Numbered from the stretch's first letter, positions 24,211 to 37,170 are shown. The stretch: 64,000 nucleotides of DNA from Anthoceros angustus (GCA_010909165.1 MU008168.1:1550001-1614000), one strand, 5' to 3'. Program-made: numbers and translations. Notes: generated by a model not told the origin, from the letters alone.

Positions 24211-25433
24211 CTACATGGTGCCCTCCATCAACGACCTGGCTACCTTCAATTCTACAACCAAGAGAATGCCCAGTGAACTCCAGTCAGAACGTCTAGTAAC
24301 ATTGTTCTCAGAGACAGCGCTGGTCAAAGGACATACCAGCATTGGAAGATGGCACATACCATGCATGAGCAACCGAAATTTCTCAATCGATACTTTGAGG
24401 TAAACAGGTTTTGTAACCTTGTGGTCTGTTACTTCCTGTTGTTCGAGAGGAGAGAGCTGCAGAAGAAGATTCCTGGAGTTGAGTGTGTGATGTTGCCTGG
24501 CACATTTGTAGGGGTGTGCCTGGCATATTTGTAGGGGTGTACCTGTTCGTGTAGAAGCAAACTTGAATAAAGGAAATTCTGGACATGCTCTGTTCCTCTC
24601 GTTCTAGACGTGTTCTGCAATTCCAGAGGACACAATGCGTATTGAGTGATACGTACATTGCAAAGTTCTCTGCAGAAATTTGGCCTGTAGTGGTTCTCTT
24701 CCTTCACCATATGTTTTGCAAAGCGCATCACTATGTTCTGCAACCAAATGACAAGACGAGTGGTTTAACACGATGATCCCTGCACAAAGAGTCCAAGCAC
24801 ATAGCCACTCCCACCCCAGTTGTCTACGAACCTCGGGGTAAGCCCAGTTGCTGAAGCTCTCGTGACAGTGTAGCAGGATCTACATCAAACTTGGCAGCAC
24901 TGGTGATGACGAAATGCAAGGCTGCAATGCATGCCTTGACATCCGCCCCTCCTGCATTGAAACCTCTCTCTGGTCAGACTCTCATACGGCACTTGCACTG
25001 TCCATCCAACGAGCAACAGCCAGATATCATACCGAGGTTCGAATCAACAGTGAGCTCTAGTAGCTTGTCGTACTGCAAGAGGACAAGGACCTTGACGTCT
25101 CAGCAAAGCACTTGTAGCTATTCAGAGGACCAGATCACAACCCGAGCAACACAACAAAATTCCACGCACCTCAAATCCACCTTCCAGGATGTATCCAATG
25201 AGATGGCTCGCCAACAGCTTTATCTTGGCACCAGTCTGCACATCGCAAGAGGAAAGCACAAATCCTTTCCGCATCAAACTCATGCCAGTTGGCAGCATGT
25301 ACCTGATGGGTAGACAACCAGAATGAAAAACCCTAAGGTCAAGAGTATGGTGCAATACAAGGGAGGAGAGCGCAGAGACATGCGGCAAGATCCAGTCTGG
25401 CGCATCCGAGCCCCCGCACAAGGAGAACTTCAT
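24211..25433 (-). CDS. COMMD4: COMM domain-containing protein 4 (Commander/CCC complex), multi-exon
   Basis: [25 protein letters not shown]|[22 protein letters not shown]|[11 protein letters not shown]..|[37 protein letters not shown]|[10 protein letters not shown]..|..[11 protein letters not shown]|[13 protein letters not shown]. This matches the COMMD4 signature (MxFxxCGxxDxPDW; [11 protein letters not shown]). Confidence 0.9.
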
Positions 25434-25499
25434 GGCGCCTGGCCTTTCGGCACTTAAATCAACGAGCAGGGACTTCGAACACCACTAGTGTTTGCCGGT

Positions 25500-26280
25500 A
25501 TGGACGAACCGTTTGCGGCCACATCTGTGACAACAGTTGATGACGATGTCTGGGAGCTGGCCTGTGACGAAGCCACAGTACATCGCCAGGAGAGTGCAGC
25601 GCTAGAACGAGAGTGGCAGATACGCCACGCTCAATTCCACAACGTATCCTGGATGGTCTTTTGCTGTTTCTCTGTCAACCTACGTCAGATCTGAGCCACT
25701 GCATCTCGGCATCCTTGATCTCATCCTTCTTCAGCTGGGATACAGGGATGGCTTAGAGGATGGAAAGAATTCCACTTTGCAAGCGGGTTTCGATATCGGA
25801 TACAGAGAAGCTGCTGCTGCAGGTTACCGCTGGGGTGTTGCCAAGGGCGCAATCAGGTGAAGATAGAGACGAACCAAAAGTAACCTGCTGCTTGTTCCTC
25901 TTTTGCTGCTCTCCCTGTTCCTCAATGGCTGCCCTTGCAGTGCGTACGCAGTTCTTCCAGAGGCAGCTCAGGCAGCCCTTGTGGTAGGCGAGGAGGCGCG
26001 AGCTCGGCTTCAGGCGTTGCATTCCCGCGTCAATTCCGTATCCTCTGTTGATGCCCTGCGATGTTACTACGAAGACACGGTGATGCAGTCTGGCAGAGAG
26101 TGGCGAAACGAGCAGGGTGATGCCATGTTGGACGATCTCGCAGGTGCGCTGAGGGGCTTGAACATCTCGCAAGGATCCAATGGCACTTCTTCAGAGCATC
26201 AGGGTAGACTGGAGGAGTTGGAGAGCCAGGTGCGGGTGGAGCTAGCGTACAGTTCTGTGGAGTTGAGCATTCTCAATTGA
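25500..26280 (+). CDS. YAE1: Yae1 (Yae1_N domain; adaptor for ABCE1 Fe-S maturation), 3 exons
   Basis: LEREWQIRHAQFHN|LGYRDGLEDGKNSTLQAGFDIGYREAAAAGYRWGVAKGAIS shows the deca-GX3 Yae1 motif. Introns 25644-25734 and ~25857-25940. Confidence 0.88.
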
Positions 26281-26711
26281 AGAAGTTCATGCTTCAAATC
26301 CTTCAAAAACAAAATTGCATACAGTATGTTCGAACATCTAAGCTAGCATCGAATTCTATGCACAAGGCCTGAGAGAAAATTGCATTAAGTGCTATCACCC
26401 ACTGCGCGTCATCCACACTGCAAGCACGTAAAGCTCAGAGCCGTCTGAACAAAAGGAGGTACCCATTTGCATGGAACATGGCAGATATTAAGATGCTACC
26501 TGAGCTCACCCCTCTTCCTGCTGCAGCCGTGCCGGCTGTTCAACACGTATACAACGGTCCATCGAGAGAGATATCAAAAGCAGTTCCTGCTCTTGTTTGT
26601 TCTTGCCAAGGGAAAATTTGATGAGTGCTCCTCAATTATCCCTCTCCTTGGAGACAACCTGCGTGCATGATGCAGAGATTGTCAAAAAGAAGCGTACGTT
26701 CCTCGTGCTCT

Positions 26712-27431
26712 TCACGAGGCAAATTTCCCCTTCGCCTCAGCTATCACTTTCTCAGTGAGCGACCTAGCGAGAGCACTCCTCCACTGAGAGCGCTTCCCCC
26801 GCGAGATCGCTCTCCACCCGAGATGCGGTTCTGCTTTCACAGCAGTGAGCATGAAGTGAAGGTGGTCATCCTCCTGTACTACCAGCACAAGATAAGCGTA
26901 AGTGCCCAGGCTCCCTGTAGAATCAAACTCCCCGCTGGACAAGCCAACCAAGGCCTCGCGGCAGGGATAGTCTCGCACCATGCTCACCACCGAATCTGCT
27001 CGCTCTGTCCCGAGCACAACCCTGACTCCGGCCAGATTCTTCTCCACGTACTCTACCAGCTTGCCGTGCTCACTCGCCGGCACCACAGTCTCGGCAATTG
27101 CCACCGTCTTCAGCTCCACATCCGACAACCGGTTCATGTCCTCCAAAACTTGCCGCTCTTCCTCGCTCAGCGGGTCCGAGCTCAGCCTCTCCACAATTTC
27201 CTTCAGAGGTGAACCTTTCTGTTGTGATGGAGTGTTCAGAGCAGCAAGTTGTGATTGATCTTTCCACACGGTCGCCAGAGGCAACCCCTTGTGTAACAGC
27301 TGGAGTGTAAGGTAAAGGATGCACAACACCACGATACACACATCCTGCACCACCTGCTTCTTCACGCATACCGCAGCCGCGGATCTCCCCCGAGAGCACG
27401 CCATCGTACTCATCTTGGCGCCCCAATTCAC
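26712..27431 (-). CDS. Hypothetical protein (~230 aa), no recognised family
   Basis: Uninterrupted 239-codon ORF with GC3-rich coding-like bias and globular composition in its 3' two-thirds. It fills the gap between YAE1 and ETFQO. A short intron near 27300-27356 is possible. Confidence 0.55.
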   Translation of the reverse strand: MNWGAKMSTMACSRGRSAAAVCVKKQVVQDVCIVVLCILYLTLQLLHKGLPLATVWKDQSQLAALNTPSQQKGSPLKEIVERLSSDPLSEEERQVLEDMNRLSDVELKTVAIAETVVPASEHGKLVEYVEKNLAGVRVVLGTERADSVVSMVRDYPCREALVGLSSGEFDSTGSLGTYAYLVLVVQEDDHLHFMLTAVKAEPHLGWRAISRGKRSQWRSALARSLTEKVIAEAKGKFAS

Positions 27432-27899
27432 AGCTCCTCCAAGACGCGATTCTCAGCTGTCTCAACTGCTGCAGCCTGCGCTCAACGCTCTAAAAGCCTC
27501 TACAGGGACCCGCAACTCGCGACACTCTCAAATCGTAACACAACAACCTGGTGTGAACGCATCCAGATTTATGGAGAGTTATCTGCATCGTACGATGTTC
27601 AGCCGTGTCAGAGCCCTAGATATCCCAACTTCCCAAAACAATGTCGTTATGTTATGCCGCATGTATCCATCCGATCCGATCTCAGTGCCTATTTCCATCC
27701 TATTCCGTCGTTTTTCTTCTTCCTGTATATACCGAGGTATGTATTATGTATGTATGTGCTTTTTGTGTACATCTGTGTACTGGGTGAAGCTGAAACAAGT
27801 GTCAAGGCAAGCTTGAGGATTTCAGGAGACGAGGTCACACAAGGCTCCCCGTGCAAGGCGATTGGAGGTGCATCGTGCTTGCTCCCGCAGTGTGTGATC

Positions 27900-30800
27900 A
27901 TGGCAGCTGCGGCTTCGTCTGCGAGGAGAAGCTCTCTTCTTGCTGGCTGTGATGGAAGACGAAAGATGGGTCAGATGAAGCTCCTATTGTCCTCCGCCCT
28001 GCTGCAGTCACGCAGCTGGGGAGATGCATCTTCTGCTCCTGAGAGAGCTGCTTCTCCCGAGCATGCCCTGGATTCTCGAATTCGGAGGTCCTCGCAGGCA
28101 AGCTGCTCTGCCAGAGCAGGCTCGGGGCCTGGTGGGCGATTCAGAGCAATGTGCACGCAATCTGGTGCGGAGGCCAGAGAGTCCATGGAGTATGATGTTG
28201 TTATAGTGGGAGCCGGACCTGCGGGCTTGTCTGCAGCGATCCGCCTCAAGCAGCTGGCGCAGGCGACGAACAAGGATATCAGCGTCTGCGTTGTGGAGAA
28301 AGGAGCTGAAGTTGGTAAGCCAGGATTGTCCGTGCACGTGGTTTGAGTGGCAGGCTGGAATGGTTCAGCTGGTGTTGTAGTGTAGGGTTGTGCAGTCAAG
28401 AACCTTCCATTCCGATTGCTGTTTTTCTGCTAGGTTCCCATATTTTGTCTGGGAATGTCTTCGAACCGAGGTCGCTTCAGGAGCTTATCCCTGACTGGAA
28501 GGAGCAAGGTGTAAGTGATACATTTTGTTGCTTGAAGCATCATGTTTGTGTGTTTATCCCCGGATTGAAGGGGTGCAGTGTGATTATCGACTCGTTGCCA
28601 TTGGCTTCGTTTGCTTGTTTGGTTACAGGCTCCAGTGCAAGTGCCGGTTAGTGATGATAAGTTCTGGTTTCTGACTGAGAAGCGGGCAATTCCTCTCCCA
28701 TCTCCCTTTAACAATTCTGGAAATTATGTCATCAGGTTCACATCCACACTTTCTGTCATTAGATAAGGTGCATGTTCCAATTTACTAATGGGTAGTGGTG
28801 TGGACTTCTGCTTAGTTTGAGCGAGCTAGTCCGGTGGTTGGGAGGTAAAGCAGAAGAATTGGGGGTTGAAATCTACCCTGGGTTTGCTGCAAGTGAGGTG
28901 AGGTCCAAGCTCTCTCATCGTGCACTGTGGGGATGTCCTGGATCAAAGTATGGACCTAGAAAGAGAATTGGTAGATGCTATCTTGTTGAGTGGATTGCAA
29001 GTCTCACAATATGCCATTCCAGCTTGGAGATTACAGTGCCTTGTCTTATGTCAGCTTTTCTCAGATTCTCTATGAAGATAATGGTGACCGGGTTGTTGGG
29101 ATTGCTACAAACGATATGGGAATTTCCAAAGATGGCTCAAAAAAGTCTAACTTCGCACGAGGCTTGGAGCTGAGAGGTATGATTCTGAATGCTTTCCATG
29201 GAATGCGCACTTGGGAGCAACTGCATCCAATGGTGGGGGGAGTAACAAGCGGGTGTGTCGGTGTCCATAGGAAGGCTTACTCTCTTGGGGGAGGGTTGCA
29301 GAGGTTCTCTGTCTGAAGTAAGTTTCCTGCAGAACTGCCTTTTGCAATGGAAGTGAGCACTGTCGTTACTTTCCAGTATTCTTATCTTGTGGTGCTGTCC
29401 CCTTATTCCAGACTGTGATTAGCAAGTTTGAGCTCAGAAAGCTTTCAGGTGCTCAACATCAAACATATGCTCTTGGTATCAAAGAGGTGCGTATGTAGGA
29501 TGCATTTTTGGAGCTTTTGTCGGCATTGGATTTCACTTCTTTCATGACTGGATACATGGACTTCTTGTGTCTGAGTGGGATACATTTTAGGTCTGGGAGA
29601 TTGATGAAGAAAAGCATAAGCCGGGTTTTGTTCTCCATACGCTAGGTTGGCCTTTGGACAGGAGAACATACGGTGGTTCCTTCATTTATCACATGAACAA
29701 CAGGCAGGTGAGAATTTCCATCCTATGCATTATAACAGGGTTAATAATACAACTTGGCGAGCAGTAAGGATAAATACTTTCGTTTCTATGAACAGATAGC
29801 AATCGGACTCGTAGTGGCCCTGGATTACAAAAACCCCTATCTGATCCCGTATGAAGAGTATCAGGCAAGTCCCTCTCTTCCAGCAATCGAAATCCATTGC
29901 TGTCTATAACGAGGATCCATGTTCAGATTCTTTTGCACTTCTGTGCCTTCAGAGGTTCAAGCATCACCCTTCCGTCAAACCAATGCTTGATGGTGGCAAA
30001 GTTATTCAGTATGGAGCACGCAGTCTAAATGAAGGTGGATTTCAGGTGCGAGTTGCTTTATGATGTTGTTGTAAATGCCTGTCTCTCGTCTCCCAGTGTG
30101 TGTCTATGTTGGGGGTCTCTTCCTTAATTTGTTCGCCTTGTGTGCTGTCAGTCTATACCAAAGACATCTTTTCCCGGAGGAGCCTTACTGGGTTGCTCAG
30201 CTGGATTCTTGAACGTTCCAAAGATCAAGGGAACTCATACAGCCATGAAGTCAGGTATAATTATCAAGATCATTCAAGGCCTGCGGGATATCCTAGGTCA
30301 TGCGTGTTATTTATTACCGACGAGGAATGATAAGGTTGCTTTGCTACAGGAATGTTAGCTGCTGAAGCAGCTTTTACTGCACTTATTAGGGACTCTCAGG
30401 AACTGCCATCCATGGAAGAATACTGGACCCTACTGAAAAAATCATGGCTATGGCAAGAACTGTATGCAGCGAGGAATCTGCGTCCGGTAGAGCACGTTAC
30501 ACATTGTAGTTGATAGTTCTTGCAGAAAGCTTCTTGTTGATTGAGAATAACAATCAGACCGTGGTCTGCTGTGTCCTGGAGCAGGCATTCCACCACGGTC
30601 TGTTCCCCGGATTGGTAGTGTCTGCAGTTGAGCAGTAAGCTGATTCGCATTATGCTGTCACCCGCCAATTTCAGAGTGTCACGTCTGTTTGACTGAGAAC
30701 CCACACACCTTGCAGCTACATTACCAGAGGAAAACTTGCTGTAACTCTCCAACATGGAAGCCCAGACAACTTGGCCACAGAGGTGAGCACAGCCGGAGTA

Positions 30801-31564
30801 TTGGTTAGAAATTGCATGCTCCATACGGTTTCATGTCCATCCAACTGAGTATCCTGAGGTTATTAACCAGCTTCATGCTTTTGTGCAGCAAGCTGAAAAG
30901 CATAAGCCCATCGAGTACCCCAAACCTGACGGTGTGATCTCATTTGACCTGCTCACATCGTTGCACAGGTTGGTGCCATATTCACCAGAGCACCATGAAA
31001 CTGTGGAGCTTCTGCAGATAGATGCTGTCAAAGAAATAAGTTTTGCTGCCTCACTGTCTCCCATGCCAGGAGTAACACCAACCACAACCATGATCAGCCT
31101 GCACATCTTCGGCTCCGAGATCCAAAAATACCAGAGACTCTTAATCTGCCAGTATTTGCAGGGCCAGAGTCTCGGTACTGTCCTGCAAGAGTCTATGAGT
31201 AAGTCTTCCTGCCCTTCTTGTCGTGCCTTTAGCCATCCAAGGTCTCTTATATGCCACAGTTTACTGCAGATACGTTGCAACAGATCGTGATGAATTAAAG
31301 CTGCACATCAACGCGCAAAATTGTCTGCACTGTAAGGTCTGTTACAGGATTTCAGGCCTGAATACACGTGAACGAATTTGTTTTGGATTTGCCTCGTTTT
31401 CTATGTCGTGCACGATGAGGATAGTCTTTTGTTACGAGTGACTTGGACGTTTTGCTAACATTGGAGAATCCAATGAGCAGGCCTGTGATATCAAGGACCC
31501 CACACAAAACATCATGTGGACTGTTCCTGAAGGCGGAGGCGGTCCCGGGTATTCCGTCATGTGA
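27900..31564 (+). CDS. ETFQO: Electron transfer flavoprotein-ubiquinone oxidoreductase, mitochondrial, many exons
   Basis: [95 protein letters not shown]|[27 protein letters not shown]. Confidence 0.97.
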
Positions 31565-31705
31565 AATAAGATGTAAGCGTTGTTGTATGTAAGTATTGAA
31601 ATTTTAGTCACCATCATCTATGGATGGGCAAAGGATTGCCTCGTTCTCTTCTGGTAGAAAAAAAATTGCGGCTCTTTGACAGCATGTGACATAGTTGCAT
31701 GTTCG

Positions 31706-34065
31706 TTATCTCTTCATAAAAGATGTATGAAGTCTGACCCACTCAAACCCGTTTGGAGTTGCAGTCTGCAAGAGTGTGTAAGCCAATTAGTAACTGTAAT
31801 ACCGCGTCTGGTGGGTTTGTGAACCCGTTGAACATAATGTGTGTACACTTACCTTCGCTATTAGAAGCGCAGTTGCAAACAATCCCTCACGAGCTCCACC
31901 TGAAAAAAAAGTGAAAATTTCTATTAGGCTCCTTAACGATTTTCAAGTCAAGGAGCCTAATTTCCAGTCTTACAGTTTCTTCTTATGCCTGGTTAGCTCT
32001 CACCACTGGTTGCTTCCAACAACAAACGCCAGGTGACAAGAAAAACGCCATCGCTCAGTGACTGATGGTGTATGCAGTCCACCCATGTCACAAGCTCCTT
32101 CATGGCTCCGTGTTTGAGTCGAGCAGAGCTGATCGATTCTAGGAAAGTGTGCTCGGATCCCCAGGGACTCACCCAATTCGCGCCCTGTGACTGCGATAAG
32201 ATACAGTCTTTCAGGTCAGATGTCAGAGCCCATTCAAGTAATCAAATGCACAAGAGACGAGACGTGAAGGAATTTTGCGTTCTCCAACGTACAGTCACTT
32301 TGATAAGCCGCTGCAACGTGGAGTCTGCAGTGTCCAATTCTCCACGAAGCCACCTCTCGACAAAAATGGTCACCTCCACTACTTCCCTCTGCACCGCTCC
32401 ACCGGAGGCAGTAGGAAGCAGTGGATTGAAGCCAACGGCTCCCAGCCTCTCTCGGGGCGATACATGGGCACCTAGATTGAAATGACCCAGTGCCTCCATG
32501 ATACCACCAGCACACCTCTTGGTAGCATGGTGTACCGATGCCTTGGATCCATGAGTTTTGTACCAGTGGACAAGCTCCTCCATCGCATTACCAACCTGAG
32601 AGAAGGCAACCATCAGCATTCATAAGCTTGCCATCTCAGCTTGACATGGAATTTGCGTTGCATTGCACAAGACATGGTGTTGTTTTGCTCATGATATATG
32701 GAGAGGTGGTTGGCTGGCAACTCACAATGACACCATTGACTCCTTGGACCGTGAAAAGCTCTATGTCATTGCCCGAGTCTCCACAGACTAGTGTCTTACT
32801 TGTTGCCCATTCTTCCCTTCTCTGCTTCTTCAGAAGATACGAAAGAGCCTCCCCCTTCCCGGCTCCTTGTGGAAGCACATCTAGGTCGATCCCTCCACTG
32901 TAGATGAGTTTCACTTTCAACTGGATGCAGCAGCACTGACATCAGTAAATTGTTGCAGGAACCATAGGGATCACCTGGTTGACAAGCCAATTTCTCTCCA
33001 CAGTAATTTCTGCTAAACAAGGTGCCACATTACAATTCCAGCTCCACTTGCCAAGCAACAAAGTGCCGTACCGTACCCCTCTGTTCTGCAGAGCTCCCTC
33101 TAGTTTGCTTTTGATCCCTTCCGCATCTTTCTTCTCGACTTTGAAGCTCACTTTGTGGGGCCTTTGCTCAGAATCCTCCTGCTCCACAAAGAAGCAACCA
33201 ACCCTTGTAGAAAGCTGACAATTTTAGACAAGACGAGATACGACTCCATGAACCCTACAGCACACAAGATGTATGCACGACTGGGGGACCTGAAATTGGA
33301 GATTGGGAAACTTCTTGGCTTCCTCCACAACCACAGCCCGATCCCACCCATCATTCAGATACTTCTCCCAGCCGTGATCGGGTACTAGAGAGGGGCCATA
33401 TCGAATTTCAGTACCCACAGAAAGGATGGCGATGGCTGGAGTTAAGAGCGGAACTTGCCCTCTGAGCTCCGTATATTTCTGAGGAGAGCGGCCTGTGGAG
33501 TAAACCAAGAGGGAATTGTGGGCATATTCTGCTGCCCACAGAGCGTTGAATTGCAACAACGCTGAGTGAGATGGTTCCTTATGATCAACCTGTCAAAAAC
33601 CACCCCTGCTTCACATCCACAACACCGACACCAGAAGCCAAAGCGAAAACAGGCAGCGCAACACTACAATCGATTAGTAGCAGCATGTGACGATCTGGCC
33701 CCCACCATGGTCAAGTCGAGATCAGAGACAATCATGAGGTGGTCATGTGGACGGCCTCCCCCCCCAACAGCTGCCACAGGAGCAGCTTGGCAGGTCACAA
33801 TTCGGCGTGTCACACACCCACATTGCCATCGTCTCAGATGTGAGGAGCCCATATGCATGCCCACATTAGATTGGCTACATGCTACTGCTCCTGCCCATCG
33901 ATCCCCTGCTACCCCCAGTTCTGCTCTGCCCGTTGAGACTGTGAGGATATGGGTCGCCTGAGAATTTGACAGACTTGAGAGACGCAGCATTGGTGAAGCA
34001 TTGCAGTCATGGGTCACCACAGAAATGTGGCAACTGGACCGTGGCAGCACAGCCAGGGAGCGCAT
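31706..34065 (-). CDS. SPP: Sucrose-phosphate phosphatase (HAD + S6PP_C) with long N-terminal extension
   Basis: [12 protein letters not shown]|[79 protein letters not shown]. The C-terminal exons end [15 protein letters not shown] (31706). Confidence 0.93.
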
Positions 34066-35108
34066 GGCTGCTACCAAGGCAGCAATGCACCTCCACGGCC
34101 GTCCGATTTGTGCCCCTCAAAGATGTCATGGCCGGACACATGGCGCATCTTCACAGATACCATGCGCAACATTCCGCCCGTAATTTACCCACCCAGCTTG
34201 TTTCACACCTGTATTAATGTTGCCCTATTTCTATGGTGCCCAGAAGGGGTGGAAAGAACGCCCTTTCCAAACTTTGCGCTCCGCCCCATCGTTCCAAGGC
34301 CATTTGGTCGCCACAATGGTTTGAATTGCGATGAAGCATTTGCACATGCAGATGGACCTAATCTTAATAGCGACATGCAATTGGTTTGCATACCAAGAAG
34401 GCACATGGAATTACAAAGGGCAGGCGCGATATGTATGTAGGGTGTGATGCTTTACACCTATTTGGGACCGGGAGTTGCAGGCCCTGAAGTAACAAACACA
34501 AACAGGCCCATCTCATCACGTTTAGTTATGCATTCTTATTCCTGGTCAGATCGGGCCCAGTGCAAAACTTGGTCGAGCTTTTCTAGAGCGTCCCCGTATT
34601 CACCATTCACCCTTGCTGGCGTGTGCGAGTGCATCCAGCCAGTGCCTAAGCCTGCGGGTACGAAACAGGGCTTCTTGTTCCCGGAACATCCTAATTAAAC
34701 AACTGCATTCTTACATTGATATCATCCAACACAACACCATTTGAACTCTGACAAGCGTAACACAAGGCTATTTGAACTCCAACAAGTGTAACACAACGCC
34801 ATTTGAACTCTGACAAGTGTTTGTGGAACGGAGACTCAACGACATGCTTGTTTGTAAAATTGTCCACCGGTCATACATATGGCATACCAAAGCGGACTGT
34901 CCACCAGTCATACTTATGGGATACCAAACGGACAGAGAGGAAGGAGCATATTTTTTCACATCAAACTCATACAATATGTTAGAATACTTAGACATCTATA
35001 TGAATATACTAGCGAATCTAGTACGCACATGCTACCTCACTACACTTGCTCACATGTATGCTTTGGCGCCCTGGCCGCTCTCGTTTCTTTCAAACCTCTA
35101 TCATGTCA

Positions 35109-35862
35109 TGTGACACTGATCTCTACACTTGGGTTTAGTGTTTGATTACCATTAATTAATTAATTATCTTTAGATAATTAGTATTAATTAATATTATGTT
35201 AATTAATCATTGATTAGTGTGAATGAAACATGATTAGCAATAGCCAAGTGGATAAACACAAGTTATATGTTTTAGTATATTCATTGCATATTATAGTGTA
35301 TTCTTAGGATATTTCCAGCATATGCTGATGCTAATAGGATATCTTAGGAATATGCTGATGCCAAGGGCTAATATATATGGACCCTTTTACAGAGGACAAG
35401 CTCAGATCATAGCTTGTCCTCTAGATATGCAATGCAAGAGTGTTGTGAGGAGGCCCTCTAGATCTGCAATACAAGAGTGTTTTGAGGAGGCCCTCTAGAT
35501 CTGCAATGCAAGAGTGTTGTGAGGAGCCAAAGCTATGACTCCGAGAGCAATGTGTGAGGAATTTGCGTGTTGTTCTCATGGGGAGAGTGTGTTTGTGCCA
35601 CGATGTGCGAGCTACTCTCTCCTTTTGTTATTGGTTTGCACCTATATTTGCATATTAGATCTGTTTTACTTGGTTGTTTGTTGAAGAAGTGCTCATATGA
35701 ATGCAAGTGCTTACCTCGTGCGACGCATCTCTCTTTCAAAAGTGCTTTCAAAAGTGTCAACTTGAAAACAAAGAACCACTCTGGTTTCAGAGACTCTGAC
35801 ACTATTTAGAGTCTCTGTCATGCCGTGTAACACTAAACGCAAGTGCAGAGATTAGTGTCACA
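35109..35862. mobile_element. Repeat element with ~35-bp inverted termini (TGTGACACT...AGTGTCACA): solo LTR or MITE-like
   Basis: 35109-35142 is the near reverse complement of 35829-35862. It has an internal 3x37-bp repeat (35419-35528). The left end recurs at ~62800-62945. Confidence 0.6.
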
Positions 35863-36499
35863 TGGCAGATTGGTTTGCACCTATACTTAAATATTAGATT
35901 TGTTTTGTTTGGTTGTTTATTGAGGAAGTGCTTATATGAATTTAAGTGCTTTACCTCGTGCGACATCTCTCTAAAAGCAAGTTTCTCTTTTGTTCAATGC
36001 AATTATATGGCGGCCGAACTTTTTGCTGACTACTTGAATTTGGGAACTTCCGTAGAGAAGTTGGCTATGGAATTTTTATCCATGTACCAATCTGGAGATG
36101 TTATTAAGGTGAGGAATTCTTCGTTGTGTCACTTGGGTAGCTGCCATCTACTTTTCGTGTTTAGAGAGTTGCTTCAATTTTTATACACTGGCTTCCAATC
36201 TCGGAGTTTCGATCTACTTGCGGTGCTCGGGCAAAAGAGACACCAGAGAAGCCAAGTGAAGACTTGGCAGAGGAGAATGTGAAGCAATTCACAAATATAG
36301 GTCCCTCTATTGGAGGTTGCCTCAGCGAGGATGAGTTGCAAAAGTGGAGAGAAAAGCTGAAGCCTTTTCAAGCTGTAGTTGCGGGGTTCTCGATGTCCTG
36401 TGGGTCTGGCTTGCCTACACCGCATGCTTGAGGCCCTTTTTGTGCTCCTTACCGATGTCTCCTTGTTACGAGCACGATCTTGTTTCTTCCTTTTCTATA

Positions 36500-37170
36500 A
36501 AGGTGGAGAGCTCGCCCCCAAGTGGCCACCCCAATCTGCCACCCCAACCCACAATGTTGCCTCAACCTACTGCCCTAATCCGCAGCCCCGACTAGTCGCC
36601 TCGCCCTCCCCAACCGGCAGCCCCTGACCGTCGCCTCACCTCCCCAACCCACAATGTTGCCTCAACCTCGCCTCCCGCCCGGACCGTCACCGCCCAGCCT
36701 CCCGACCGGTCGCCTCGCCTCGCCTCCCGCCTGCACTAGTTGCCTCGCCCTAACCTCCCGCCTAACCGGTTGCCTCGCCCCATCCTCCCACCTGGACTGG
36801 TCGCCTCGCCCCATCCTCCCACTGATGGTCGCCTCGCCCGCCTCCCGCCTGATGGTCGCCCGCCTCCTACCTGACCGGTCGCCCGCCCCAACCTCCCGCC
36901 CCGACTGTATGCGCTTGAGGAGCTCTCGTTCAACCCTGCTGCACCCACGCCTGCTTGGAAAGGCGGTTTTTGGTGCCCGCACTGCCGCCCTAACCTCTGC
37001 CCTGCTAGCCTCGTGAAAGGGTTGAAGTGAAGGGGGCTAGAGGGCTAAGTTTCTCCAAAACTCAGCTCGCTCACTCATGCTACAACTTCGATCTGTGAAG
37101 AGAAAACTTGTACCCTCACAGTACAACTTCCATCTACGAAGAGAAAACTTGAACCCTCACAGTACAACTT
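36500..37170. repeat. C-rich low-complexity repeat (GTCGCCTCGCC units) plus ~41-bp tandem repeat; TE-derived
   Basis: Repeated GGTCGCCTCGCCC/CCTCCCGCC units, CCCACAATGTTGCCTCAACC twice, and TACAACTTC..GAAGAGAAAACTTG..CCCTCACAG twice (37081-37170). Confidence 0.7.

Noticed and set aside
13474-31564. Branched-chain amino acid gene cluster (AHASS synthesis + ETFQO catabolism)
   Set aside because: 13 kb apart with unrelated genes between and different organelles. Chance in a gene-dense genome.
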